A DNA stretch of 60,890 nucleotides. Source: a virus. Its lineage: Duplodnaviria; Caudoviricetes. Within the stretch, counting starts at the first letter, position 1. Each line of letters starts with the position of its first letter. A model generated the notes under the pieces. It ran no database searches and was not told where the DNA came from. It saw only the letters and a program-made list of their open reading frames with translations. This document shows positions 18,693-27,805 of this stretch, piece after piece. A program made the position numbers and the translations under genes. The stretch spans positions 1 to 60,890 of IMG/VR virus record IMGVR_UViG_3300037424_000169, one strand, 5' to 3'.

Positions 18693-19358
18693 ATGACTAA
18701 ATGTGTAGTTTCTGATTGTGATAACGATAGTAAAGGTGGCTTTGGTTATTGTCGAAAACATTATCAACAATTTTATAAAGATCATCCTGAGTATAAACCG
18801 CGCGGTAAATATGGGCGTAACCATCCTCTTTATATAATTTGGTGGCAAAGAAAAAGTGATAAATTACTTTGTGAGGAATGGTTAAATTTTGATAAATTTG
18901 TAGATGATGTTTCTCCAAAACCAGATGGAAATTTTTTACTTGTTCGATTGCGTAATGACCTTTTTGGGCCTACAAACTTTAAATGGCAAGAGCATTTAAA
19001 ACGCAAAGAGGATGAAAGTAAAAAAGACTGGCATGCTAGGAAAAGGGCGGCTAGAATTGCGGCAAATCCTAGTATGGAAAGTGATAGAAATTTAAAAAGA
19101 ATTTTTGGAATTACTAGAGAGAAATATAACGAAAACCTACAATTACAAAATTTTGTTTGTGCAATTTGTGAGCAGCCAGAAACTACAGTTTCTCCTAATA
19201 CAGGCACTATAAAACAATTAGCAGTGGATCATTGCCATAAAACTAATAAGGTTAGAGAATTGCTTTGCTATCGCTGTAATACTACCATTGGACGAATAAA
19301 CGAAAATATAGAGTTATTAGATAAAATGAAAGCCTACTTGATTAAACACTTAGACTAA
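18693..19358 (+). CDS. endonuclease VII-like HNH homing endonuclease
   Basis: CAIC...LAVDHCH..VRELLCYRCN. Confidence 0.9.
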   Translation: MTKCVVSDCDNDSKGGFGYCRKHYQQFYKDHPEYKPRGKYGRNHPLYIIWWQRKSDKLLCEEWLNFDKFVDDVSPKPDGNFLLVRLRNDLFGPTNFKWQEHLKRKEDESKKDWHARKRAARIAANPSMESDRNLKRIFGITREKYNENLQLQNFVCAICEQPETTVSPNTGTIKQLAVDHCHKTNKVRELLCYRCNTTIGRINENIELLDKMKAYLIKHLD

Positions 19359-19370
19359 ACCTCCCAACTA

Positions 19371-19404
19371 CCCTAGTGAGTGTAATAACTCACTAGGGGA
19401 TTTT
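19371..19404 (+). terminator. intrinsic terminator
   Basis: CCCTAGTGAGT...ACTCACTAGGG followed by ATTTT. Confidence 0.65.
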
Positions 19405-19422
19405 CATATGAAAGGAAACTAA

Positions 19423-19575
19423 ATGGCTAAAGATAAAAAAGGTAATACTAAAATTGAGTATCCTAAATTAATTAAAATTAATGGTAAAAAAGTTAGGGTT
19501 TTGAGTGCTGAAGATGAAGCTAAGTTAGTTGGTACTAATAAAAATCCAGGATGGGATAAAGGTAAGGATAAATAA
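19423..19575 (+). CDS. small basic protein (50 aa, not in ORF track)
   Basis: AAAGGAA RBS; MAKDKKGNTKIEYPKLIKINGKKVRV... Confidence 0.65.
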   Translation: MAKDKKGNTKIEYPKLIKINGKKVRVLSAEDEAKLVGTNKNPGWDKGKDK

Positions 19576-19577
19576 TA

Positions 19578-20552
19578 GTGACTACGACAGCACGCCAGCT
19601 ATGTACAGATAGCTTGCTTGAGGCTGGCGTGCTGGGTGTTGGTCAAACAGCATTAAGTGAAGATATTAATGATGCTTTTAATCGCCTTCAACGAATGTTG
19701 GCTACTTGGCAAAAACAAAGATGGCTAGTTCCTTCATTACAAGAATTTCAATTTGATGGCGACGGAACTAAATATAAAACAGTAGGGCTACGAGGGGATA
19801 TAAATATAATTCCTCCTAGTAATATTAAAGGTGGCTATGTAATTCAACGTAACACAGGGCAAACTCCTGTTAGTTTACCTTTAAAGCCAATATTTTCTTA
19901 TGAGGATTATATAAGAATTAGAGTTAAAGATTTAGCAAGTCTACCTACTTATTTCTTTTATACAAATGAATACCCACTAGCTAAATTATATCCTTGGCCT
20001 GTGCCAAGCTCACAATATGAACTTCATTTTATTTATCAAAGCCGTTTAGGTTTTGGCAGCACTATTTCAGCCGGTTCAATTACAACTGGTGGGGCTGCTT
20101 ATACCGATGGCCAATATGATGGCGTGGCTTTGACAGGTGGGGTGGGGAGCCTCGCTACAGCCGATATAACGGTTACTGGTGGCGTTGTCACGGTCGTGAC
20201 GCTTGCCTCCGGTGGCCAAGATTTCGCTATCGGTAATATCCTTACAGCCGACGCAGCGGACATTGGCGGCACTGGTGCTGGTTTCACTTGGACCGTATCA
20301 AATATCACAAGTAACCTCGATAGTGAAATCATAATGCCAGAGGAATATGAAGAAGCTATAATGTATAATTTAGCATTACGTGTTTGCTCTATGTATCAAG
20401 TACAACCTATGCCTCAAACTATGATGTTAGCTAAATCAGGATTAAATAATATCAGAAAAAATAACACACAGGTTCCTCAACTTCAAATGCCTGGGGCTCC
20501 TGGGGTTAGGTCTAGTAGAGCGTTTTCATTATATAATCCTGATAATAGGTAG
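19578..20552 (+). CDS. head-tail adaptor (P22 gp4 / tail tubular A-like) with inserted beta domain
   Basis: 'GVLGVGQT..EDINDAF..L..ML..W', 'LYPWPVP' and 'PEEYEEAIMYNLA' motifs. Confidence 0.75.
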   Translation: MTTTARQLCTDSLLEAGVLGVGQTALSEDINDAFNRLQRMLATWQKQRWLVPSLQEFQFDGDGTKYKTVGLRGDINIIPPSNIKGGYVIQRNTGQTPVSLPLKPIFSYEDYIRIRVKDLASLPTYFFYTNEYPLAKLYPWPVPSSQYELHFIYQSRLGFGSTISAGSITTGGAAYTDGQYDGVALTGGVGSLATADITVTGGVVTVVTLASGGQDFAIGNILTADAADIGGTGAGFTWTVSNITSNLDSEIIMPEEYEEAIMYNLALRVCSMYQVQPMPQTMMLAKSGLNNIRKNNTQVPQLQMPGAPGVRSSRAFSLYNPDNR

Positions 20553-20663
20553 GTAATGTATAATATAGTTTACACCAAATCTAATTTTAGTTCAGGAGTT
20601 ATTATTTATTATTGGGGAGATGAATTTGAGGATGGACCTAGCGATAGTTATCGGATATTTTAA

Positions 20664-22154
20664 ATGCCAGCCGTTAATTTATTAGGACAACCTTACGCTG
20701 GTAAATCTTTAATCGCTTCTGCGCAGCGAAGTATAAACCTTTATGCTGAAATCAATGAACTTCCTAAACAAGGTGTGCCTTCAACTAAACCTACTCCAAT
20801 CACATATTACCAATTCCCAGGTAATGAGTTATATAGTTCGCCTTTAGATGAAGGTAAAGGCCGCTGTATATATAGAACGTCAATTGGTACAGTTTATAAA
20901 GTAGTTGGTCCTACTGTATATTTGCTTCAAAGTAACGGGGTAATGGTATTTGTGGGCAGCATTCCTGACCGTGCTTCTCAAGTTTATATGGCTGATAATG
21001 GGTTAGCTGTAGTTATAGTTGATGGTAGCTCAGAAGGTTGGGCTATTGATATGTCCACTAATGATTTTGGACAAATTATTGATCCTAGCTTTTATGGGGC
21101 TGATATTGTTAAATTTTTAGATACATTTTTTGTATTTAATAGACCTGATACCAATCAATTTTATATTTCATTAAGTATGGTTACTTATGCGCTTCTTACT
21201 GCTGGAACATCATTTGATCCATTAGACATTGCTGCTAAATCTGGCAATGCCGATCCTATAGTTTCTCTTTTAGTAATTCAAAAAAACTTATGGCTTATTG
21301 GCGCTCTTACTACAGAGCCTTGGATTGGTACAGGCGCGGCAGATTTTTATTTTCAACAAATTCAAGGAACATTTATTAATCACGGTTGTATAGCCCCATA
21401 CTCTGCGGCTTCTATAGATGTTATTGGTTTTTGGTTGATGCAGGATTTACAAGGTAAAAATATTATAATGAGAACTAAAGGATATGATGTTGAAGAAGTT
21501 TCAACACCTTATTTAGTTTCTCAATTTAATACCTATAGCATTACAAGCGATGCTATTGGCATGATGCTCCAAATTGAAGACCATGCTTTTTATATTTTAG
21601 TATTTCCTACAGCTAATATCACTTGGGCTATGGAATTATCTACTGGTTATTGGTTCCAATTAGCTAAATGGAATACAGAGACAGGAGTATTTGATCGTTA
21701 CCGTGCTAATGGTGCTGCTTTTGCATTTGGATTTAATTTAATTGATGATTATGATACTGGTAAAGTTTATAAATTAAATCCAAATATTGCTACCGATGGT
21801 GGTGATAATATGAAATTTATACGAACATTTTTACATATGGTTGGACCTGAATTTCAACGTGTAATTTATAGAAATGCTAGTGCAAATATTGAGCCTGGGA
21901 CTTCAACTAAAGAAGTTGGTAGTTTAGATGACGATAATGAGCCTGAAATATTTTTAAGCTGGTCTGACGATAGAGGTAAAACTTTTGGCACCCCTATGTC
22001 GCAAAGTTTAGGAAGACAAGGTGAATTTCTAACAGACCCTCAATGGAATAGACTAGGAATGGCTAGAGACAGAGTTTTTAAATTAGAATGGAATGGTCCT
22101 GTTATCACAGCATTAAATGGTGCTTTTGTTGAAGCTAAACCTTTGAGAAGTTAA
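20664..22154 (+). CDS. tail hub / packaged DNA stabilization protein (P22 gp10-like)
   Basis: beta-propeller-like; 'WSDDRGKTFG...WNRLG.ARDRVF'. Confidence 0.85.
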   Translation: MPAVNLLGQPYAGKSLIASAQRSINLYAEINELPKQGVPSTKPTPITYYQFPGNELYSSPLDEGKGRCIYRTSIGTVYKVVGPTVYLLQSNGVMVFVGSIPDRASQVYMADNGLAVVIVDGSSEGWAIDMSTNDFGQIIDPSFYGADIVKFLDTFFVFNRPDTNQFYISLSMVTYALLTAGTSFDPLDIAAKSGNADPIVSLLVIQKNLWLIGALTTEPWIGTGAADFYFQQIQGTFINHGCIAPYSAASIDVIGFWLMQDLQGKNIIMRTKGYDVEEVSTPYLVSQFNTYSITSDAIGMMLQIEDHAFYILVFPTANITWAMELSTGYWFQLAKWNTETGVFDRYRANGAAFAFGFNLIDDYDTGKVYKLNPNIATDGGDNMKFIRTFLHMVGPEFQRVIYRNASANIEPGTSTKEVGSLDDDNEPEIFLSWSDDRGKTFGTPMSQSLGRQGEFLTDPQWNRLGMARDRVFKLEWNGPVITALNGAFVEAKPLRS

Positions 22155-22156
22155 AA

Positions 22157-22513
22157 ATGCAACCGTTCCCTTCAGTCATTCAAGACTTTATAGATGCTGC
22201 TAAAAAAATTAAAGAACCTTGGGTGCAATACTTACAACAATTTACTATAGCTCCACCAGCCTTCATTGATATTACTGTAGGCGCTTCGCCATTTGAGTAC
22301 CAAGATAAAGAACCTGGGAATATTTTTATATCAGGCGGCACAGTTTCGGGAATTACTTTGACACGTGGCGTAGATACTATTACCGTTGCTCCTGATACAT
22401 CAACACCACGAATAATTCCAGTGGCGGTAAATGATATAATAGAAGTTACTTATACTGTACTGCCTACAATGAAATTTATTCCTTTATATGGTGTGGATAC
22501 ACATAATTTTTAA
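22157..22513 (+). CDS. tail-associated hypothetical protein
   Basis: ORF directly after gp10-like gene. Confidence 0.6.
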   Translation: MQPFPSVIQDFIDAAKKIKEPWVQYLQQFTIAPPAFIDITVGASPFEYQDKEPGNIFISGGTVSGITLTRGVDTITVAPDTSTPRIIPVAVNDIIEVTYTVLPTMKFIPLYGVDTHNF

Positions 22514-22514
22514 A

Positions 22515-22946
22515 ATGAATGAATTAGTAGAAAATATAACCAGACAAAAGGTAAACGCTATTGAAGCTTTAATGGCTCAACAGCCTCAAGTTGATTTAAA
22601 AGTTGAGCATTATTTTTCAGAAGGGGTTTACGCTAGAGCTTTAGAAATTCCAGCGGGAGTACAATTAACTGGAAAAATTCATAAATTTGAACAATTAAAT
22701 ATTTTAGCTAAAGGGAAGATGAAAGTTTTAGTTGGTGATTTCTATAAAGTAGTGAAATCCCCATTTATTGTAGTATCACCCCCTGGGACTAAAAGAATTG
22801 CTATAGCTTTAGAAGATTGCGTTTGGGTTACTATTCATGGGACTTACGAAACAGATTTAGAACTAATTGAAAAAACATTCATTGCTCAAGATGAAAAAGA
22901 ATATTTAGAATTTAAAAATGATAAACAATTGGTGCTAGGAATTTAA
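22515..22946 (+). CDS. cupin-like protein
   Basis: 'HYFSEGVYAR..IPAG..LTGKIH...PGTKR' motif common in podophage tail modules. Confidence 0.7.
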   Translation: MNELVENITRQKVNAIEALMAQQPQVDLKVEHYFSEGVYARALEIPAGVQLTGKIHKFEQLNILAKGKMKVLVGDFYKVVKSPFIVVSPPGTKRIAIALEDCVWVTIHGTYETDLELIEKTFIAQDEKEYLEFKNDKQLVLGI

Positions 22947-22947
22947 G

Positions 22948-23703
22948 ATGGGTAGATTTTCTTTAGATATTGAAGATTATACAGACCCGTTATTATGTAA
23001 CGCATGGGTAGCAACAGCTATTGTTGGTTCTGCAATTATTGGTGCGGGTACTAGTATTTATGCTTCTGGTGAAGCGGCTGATGCTCAAACGGAAGCTAAT
23101 CAGCGTGGTATTGATGCTCAACAGCGTATGTATAATCAAACGCGATCTGATTTGACACCTTACCGTGTAGCCGGTGAAGATAATTTAAAAGAACTTAATG
23201 CCAGAATGCCGGAATTAACGGCTCCTATTGAATTAACTCAAGATTGGTTAGAGAGTACACCTGGATATCAATTTACTAAAACTCAAGGTTTAAAATCTGT
23301 TCAAAATTCCGCTGCTGCTAGAGGATTGGGGGCTTCTGGTGCTGCTTTAAAAGGCGCTGCTACTTTCGCTACTGGTTTAGCTGATAACACTTATAAAACT
23401 CAGTTTGATGTTGCTAACATAAATAAAACTAATGCCTACAATCGTTTGAAAAGTTTGGTTGACACCGGGCAAAGTGCGGCTGCTCAAATAGCTACTGCTG
23501 GCACAAGTGCAGCTAATGCTATTTCTAATTTATCTACAGGACAAGGGAACGCGCAAGCTGCGGCATGGAATGCGGCTGGTGGTGCTATAGGTAACGCTGC
23601 AAATAATATTGGTGGATATGTTGCGTATCGTGGACTTTACGGAGGGAGTGGAAATAATTCTTATAGCAATCCTCCAACTGGGAACGAATGGTATAATACA
23701 TGA
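22948..23703 (+). CDS. DNA ejection protein (P22 gp7-like)
   Basis: Ala/Gly-rich; 'PGYQF..QG...NSAAARG..SGAALK'. Confidence 0.8.
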   Translation: MGRFSLDIEDYTDPLLCNAWVATAIVGSAIIGAGTSIYASGEAADAQTEANQRGIDAQQRMYNQTRSDLTPYRVAGEDNLKELNARMPELTAPIELTQDWLESTPGYQFTKTQGLKSVQNSAAARGLGASGAALKGAATFATGLADNTYKTQFDVANINKTNAYNRLKSLVDTGQSAAAQIATAGTSAANAISNLSTGQGNAQAAAWNAAGGAIGNAANNIGGYVAYRGLYGGSGNNSYSNPPTGNEWYNT

Positions 23704-24329
23704 AGTCTGGAATTTATAAAATTTTAAATGTTGTTAACGGAAAGTGCTATGTTGGTAGTGCCGTTAATTTATCCATTCGTGAATACGAGCACAAGAGGCA
23801 ACTAAATAATAAAAATCACCCTAACAAATATCTTCAAGCCGCATGGAATAAATACAGCGGTTGGAAATTTGAGGTTAGTGTTTTAGAAAACTGTGAAGTT
23901 AATAAGCTAATAGAACGTGAGCAATTTTATATTGATTTATATGATTGTGTAGCACCAAAGGGATATAATTTGGCTCCTATCGCTGGTAGCCAATTAAATT
24001 TTAAGCATAGTGAAGAAACCAAAAAGATTATATCTAAAAAAGCTAAGAATATTTCTGATGAAACTAGAGCTAAGATGAAAGCTCATATTTTTTCTAATGA
24101 ACACAAAAAGAATATGTCTATCGCTAGACGTAAAAGAATTTATAAAGAAGAAACAAAAATAAAACATGCGCAAGCTGCTAAAAATAGAGTTTGGACAGAA
24201 GAAAGCAAATCTAAATTAAAAGCTTCTAAGCTTGGTCATAAAGTTTCTGAAGAAACTCGCTTGCTTATAAGCAAAACTTTAAAACTAAAAAATAGATTAA
24301 AATTTAAAGCTGAAATGATGGTGGACTAA
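23700..24329 (+). CDS. GIY-YIG homing endonuclease with NUMOD3-like repeats
   Basis: SGIYKI...YVGSA, 'REQFYID', repeated (H)SEET. Confidence 0.92.
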   Translation: MKSGIYKILNVVNGKCYVGSAVNLSIREYEHKRQLNNKNHPNKYLQAAWNKYSGWKFEVSVLENCEVNKLIEREQFYIDLYDCVAPKGYNLAPIAGSQLNFKHSEETKKIISKKAKNISDETRAKMKAHIFSNEHKKNMSIARRKRIYKEETKIKHAQAAKNRVWTEESKSKLKASKLGHKVSEETRLLISKTLKLKNRLKFKAEMMVD

Positions 24330-24330
24330 A

Positions 24331-25716
24331 ATGTCTGAAGTTGATACAAGCTCATATCTAAAACCAGCCGCCTTACCGGCTCAAAAAACTATTCTTGACC
24401 AAGTTGGACAATTCCAAAGTCTTGAGCGTGGTAATATTGCTTTAGGCCAAGATAAATTAAAACAATTAAACGATCAATTTAATGTTATGAATGCAGAGCT
24501 TTCTACTTTAGCTAATGACCCTAATGTTACTAAAGAACAAGCGGCTTCGCGTTTAATTACGCTTTCTAAAACTTTTGGGTTAAAGCCTGAAATTACTAGC
24601 CATATGATGAATGAATTAAATACTGCTCCTGATGTTAAAAGTTTTGCTCAAAATGCTTTAGTACGCGGTATGGCCGCTATGGAGAAAGTAAATAATTTAT
24701 ATGGTACGCCTTCTGTTTATAACCAAGGTCAGCAAGATACGCCAGTTAATGTAAGTCCTATGCGTGGTATGCGCCCAACTGGATTACCTATTCAACGTCA
24801 AATTCCGCCTACTCAACCTGTTATTGGTCCTGATGGTACTCCCGGTTTACAAGGTCCAATGGCTCCTGTCGCTCCTCCCGGTATCGCTACAGGACCGGGG
24901 CAAGACATACAGCCGCGCCCAATTAAAACTTTACCAATTGGCCCTATTAACAATCCTGCAATCAATGGCCAAAGTTCTAATTTTGGTGGAAATGTAATAG
25001 GCGCTACGGTTGAACCTGCTGAAACTCCTAATCAAATTGTAGGCAATCGTTTCCCGGCTGCTAGTGGCCCTGCTACTGGATATTCACCATTATTTGAAGA
25101 AGGTAAAAAGGCTTATACTGGCGATCAATTAATGGCTAGTCAAAAAATGATGGCCGCTAAACCTGCTATTCAAGCTTTACCATTGATGCAAACTCCCGGC
25201 TTTTTATCTGGTCCTTTAACAGACCAATTTACCAAAGTAGTAGCTGGTCTTAAATCTACAGGTTTAATTGATATAGATGAAAATTCTGATCCTACTGCTA
25301 TTAGACAAGACGTTGTAAAAAAATTAGCTCAGTATGTTTCTAACAATCCAATTGGACAACGATCTGATGCCGCTCAAACTTTAAGAGAAGCAGCAAGTCC
25401 TAATCCTAATGTTCAAATTCTTCCTGCCTTAATTAAACTTACTAAAGACGCGGTTGCTTTAGATCGTATTGAGGCGGCTATGCCTAATGCGTTTAAAGGT
25501 AAAGACTATGAAGATTATTTAAAACATAAAGGTACTTTCCCTCAATCTATAGATGAAAAGGCATTTACTTTAGATTTAGAACCAGAAGAAAAAAGTAAGG
25601 CTTTAGTTGATAAAATGGCTAAGCAAACTAAATCTAAAAATAATCGTGAACGCATGGAAGCTGAAAAATTCTTTAGATCATTAGCTATTGCGGATAACCA
25701 AGGGTTTTATAAGTAA
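24331..25716 (+). CDS. putative DNA ejection / internal virion protein
   Basis: position after gp7-like gene; Pro/Gln-rich with helical C-terminus. Confidence 0.6.
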   Translation: MSEVDTSSYLKPAALPAQKTILDQVGQFQSLERGNIALGQDKLKQLNDQFNVMNAELSTLANDPNVTKEQAASRLITLSKTFGLKPEITSHMMNELNTAPDVKSFAQNALVRGMAAMEKVNNLYGTPSVYNQGQQDTPVNVSPMRGMRPTGLPIQRQIPPTQPVIGPDGTPGLQGPMAPVAPPGIATGPGQDIQPRPIKTLPIGPINNPAINGQSSNFGGNVIGATVEPAETPNQIVGNRFPAASGPATGYSPLFEEGKKAYTGDQLMASQKMMAAKPAIQALPLMQTPGFLSGPLTDQFTKVVAGLKSTGLIDIDENSDPTAIRQDVVKKLAQYVSNNPIGQRSDAAQTLREAASPNPNVQILPALIKLTKDAVALDRIEAAMPNAFKGKDYEDYLKHKGTFPQSIDEKAFTLDLEPEEKSKALVDKMAKQTKSKNNRERMEAEKFFRSLAIADNQGFYK

Positions 25717-27623
25717 TGCCTACAGTAGAAGATTTAGCTTCTAAATATGGTAGTGGTGACGCGAATGGAGCGATTATAACTCCTCATGCTGATTTAATTA
25801 ATAAGTATGGTAGCGGTACTGTTGAAACTAAATCTTCTGCTCAATCCGATATTAATATTCCGTCGCCAGAAAATTTTGAGCGTTCTAAAGTTATCGAAGC
25901 TGAAACTGTTAAGGCTAATGCTAAAGATTTTACAAAACTGCCTATAATTAGGCAAGGTAAAGAAATTATAGATTACGGAGTTAAAGGATTTAAAGAAGGT
26001 AGTGAATTAGCCGGTTCTGGTTACAGTGATATTGCTAGAAGTGCTCCTGCTAGTGGTGTTGGTAAAGTTATAATGGGGCATGGTATTCAAGCTTTAAATG
26101 TACTTCCTGTACTACCTGCTATAGAATTTGCTAAAGATAAATTAACTAAAGCTACAGGAAACCCCGGCTTTGCTGATCGTGCTGAATTAGTGGCAACTGG
26201 TGGATTACCAATTGCTAAAACAGTTAAGGTGATATCGGAACTAGCACCTTCTAGTCGTGCTGTTAAAACTATTGTTGATGCTATTGGTCCTGAAAATTTA
26301 CCTGCTGTTATTCAACAATTAAAATCTAATCCGCGTCTTACTTTAATGGACGTTGACCCTAATATACAGGTAATTAGTCAAGGATTAGCTGCTAAGCCCG
26401 GCGAGCCTAGAAATATTTTGGATAAGGTTGTTAAAGGTAGAACTGATACTAAATTAGATACTGTTACTGGTGCGATTGATGAAGCTATGGGCGCTCCCGT
26501 AAATGTTTTAGATAAAGTTGAAAATTTAAAAGCTCAAATTAAAGCTACAGGAAAAGAAATTAATCCAATTGTCTCTAGCGCAAATCCAGTTGATGTAAGT
26601 CCTGTCATTGCAAGTATAGACGCCAAATTAAAGCCGGGGGTTAATAGTGTTATTACTGTTGGCGAACCTTTACCATTAGGTGATATTGAAAAGAGTTTAG
26701 AACGAGTTAGAAATTTTATAACCGATGATTTAAAAAATAGAACTGATGCTAAAAGTTTACATGCTTTCCAATCATCTTTAAGAGCTAAAGCTGAAGATTT
26801 ATTGTCTAGTACAAGTGGTCAAGATAGACAGCTTGGGCGTGCGTTAATGGACGTGCGTAATCAAGTTGTAGGGGCTATTGATATTGCGGCTAGTGGTAAT
26901 TATCGGCCCGCATTATCTAAATACAGAGACGTGAATGATGTTGAGGACGCTTTTAAAAAAGGTCAAGCGGTAACTAAAAATAGGCTTGGTAATTTAGACG
27001 ATGATCCTAGTTATTGGGATAAATGGGTTAAGCAAGCTACTCCTGCTGAATTAGAAGCAGCTAGAGAAGGTGCGCGTTTATCCTATGCTCATCAAATGGG
27101 TTCTGTAACTAATGCTGCGCGTAAAGGTACTGACATTCCTTTAATTGAATTTAATAAAGAGAAGCTAGAACTTCTTTTCGGTAAAGCTGAAGTTGAAAAA
27201 ATGGCTAAGGCTTTAGCTGATGAAAAGAAAATAGCTGATACTAATTCAAAATTATTTCAAAATTCTCAAACTGCTATGCGTTTGTTAGGTGCTGATGCAA
27301 CTAAGGTTCGTCCTGATTATGAACCTAAATTTACTAGAACTATTCTACCTGTAGCTTTAGAAGCTGGTACGCTTTATTTAAGTGGAGGTAATATTCCGGC
27401 GGCTGGTCTAGCTGTTGGTTTTGCTTATCCTGCGGTAAGAAGTAAATTTACAAAAATGGGGCAAGCGTTGGACGCTAAAACAAATGTAGAAATTACTAAT
27501 CTTGCTGCTTCAGTTGGAGAAGCTAAGGAAACTTTAATTAAAGCTTTACAAGATCATATCCCTAAAGCTAAGTTATCGCTTGCTCAGAAATCCATGTTGG
27601 CGTTGCCAATCTCTAAACCTTAA
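25716..27623 (+). CDS. putative DNA ejection / internal virion protein
   Basis: large helical protein, third gene of the ejection block. Confidence 0.6.
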   Translation: MPTVEDLASKYGSGDANGAIITPHADLINKYGSGTVETKSSAQSDINIPSPENFERSKVIEAETVKANAKDFTKLPIIRQGKEIIDYGVKGFKEGSELAGSGYSDIARSAPASGVGKVIMGHGIQALNVLPVLPAIEFAKDKLTKATGNPGFADRAELVATGGLPIAKTVKVISELAPSSRAVKTIVDAIGPENLPAVIQQLKSNPRLTLMDVDPNIQVISQGLAAKPGEPRNILDKVVKGRTDTKLDTVTGAIDEAMGAPVNVLDKVENLKAQIKATGKEINPIVSSANPVDVSPVIASIDAKLKPGVNSVITVGEPLPLGDIEKSLERVRNFITDDLKNRTDAKSLHAFQSSLRAKAEDLLSSTSGQDRQLGRALMDVRNQVVGAIDIAASGNYRPALSKYRDVNDVEDAFKKGQAVTKNRLGNLDDDPSYWDKWVKQATPAELEAAREGARLSYAHQMGSVTNAARKGTDIPLIEFNKEKLELLFGKAEVEKMAKALADEKKIADTNSKLFQNSQTAMRLLGADATKVRPDYEPKFTRTILPVALEAGTLYLSGGNIPAAGLAVGFAYPAVRSKFTKMGQALDAKTNVEITNLAASVGEAKETLIKALQDHIPKAKLSLAQKSMLALPISKP

Positions 27624-27805
27624 TTTTAAATACCAAAATGGAGTTTCTAATTTCCACCAAAAATAAGAAGCTACAATTAGAATTGTAGGCATAAATATAA
27701 ATTTATGATATTTAAAAGTTATATACCAAATTGGTATTAAAATTAAAAGTATTGGATTACTTAAAGATATTAGGACTGTAATTGTTATGAAAAAAAACAT
27801 TGGCA
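27573..27805 (-). CDS. small antisense membrane protein
   Basis: hydrophobic ORF filling the AT-rich gap between ejection gene and tail fiber. Confidence 0.4.

Noticed and set aside
23700-24329. Group I intron around the GIY-YIG gene
   Set aside because: Flanking genes abut it with their own stop and start; no room for an intron core.
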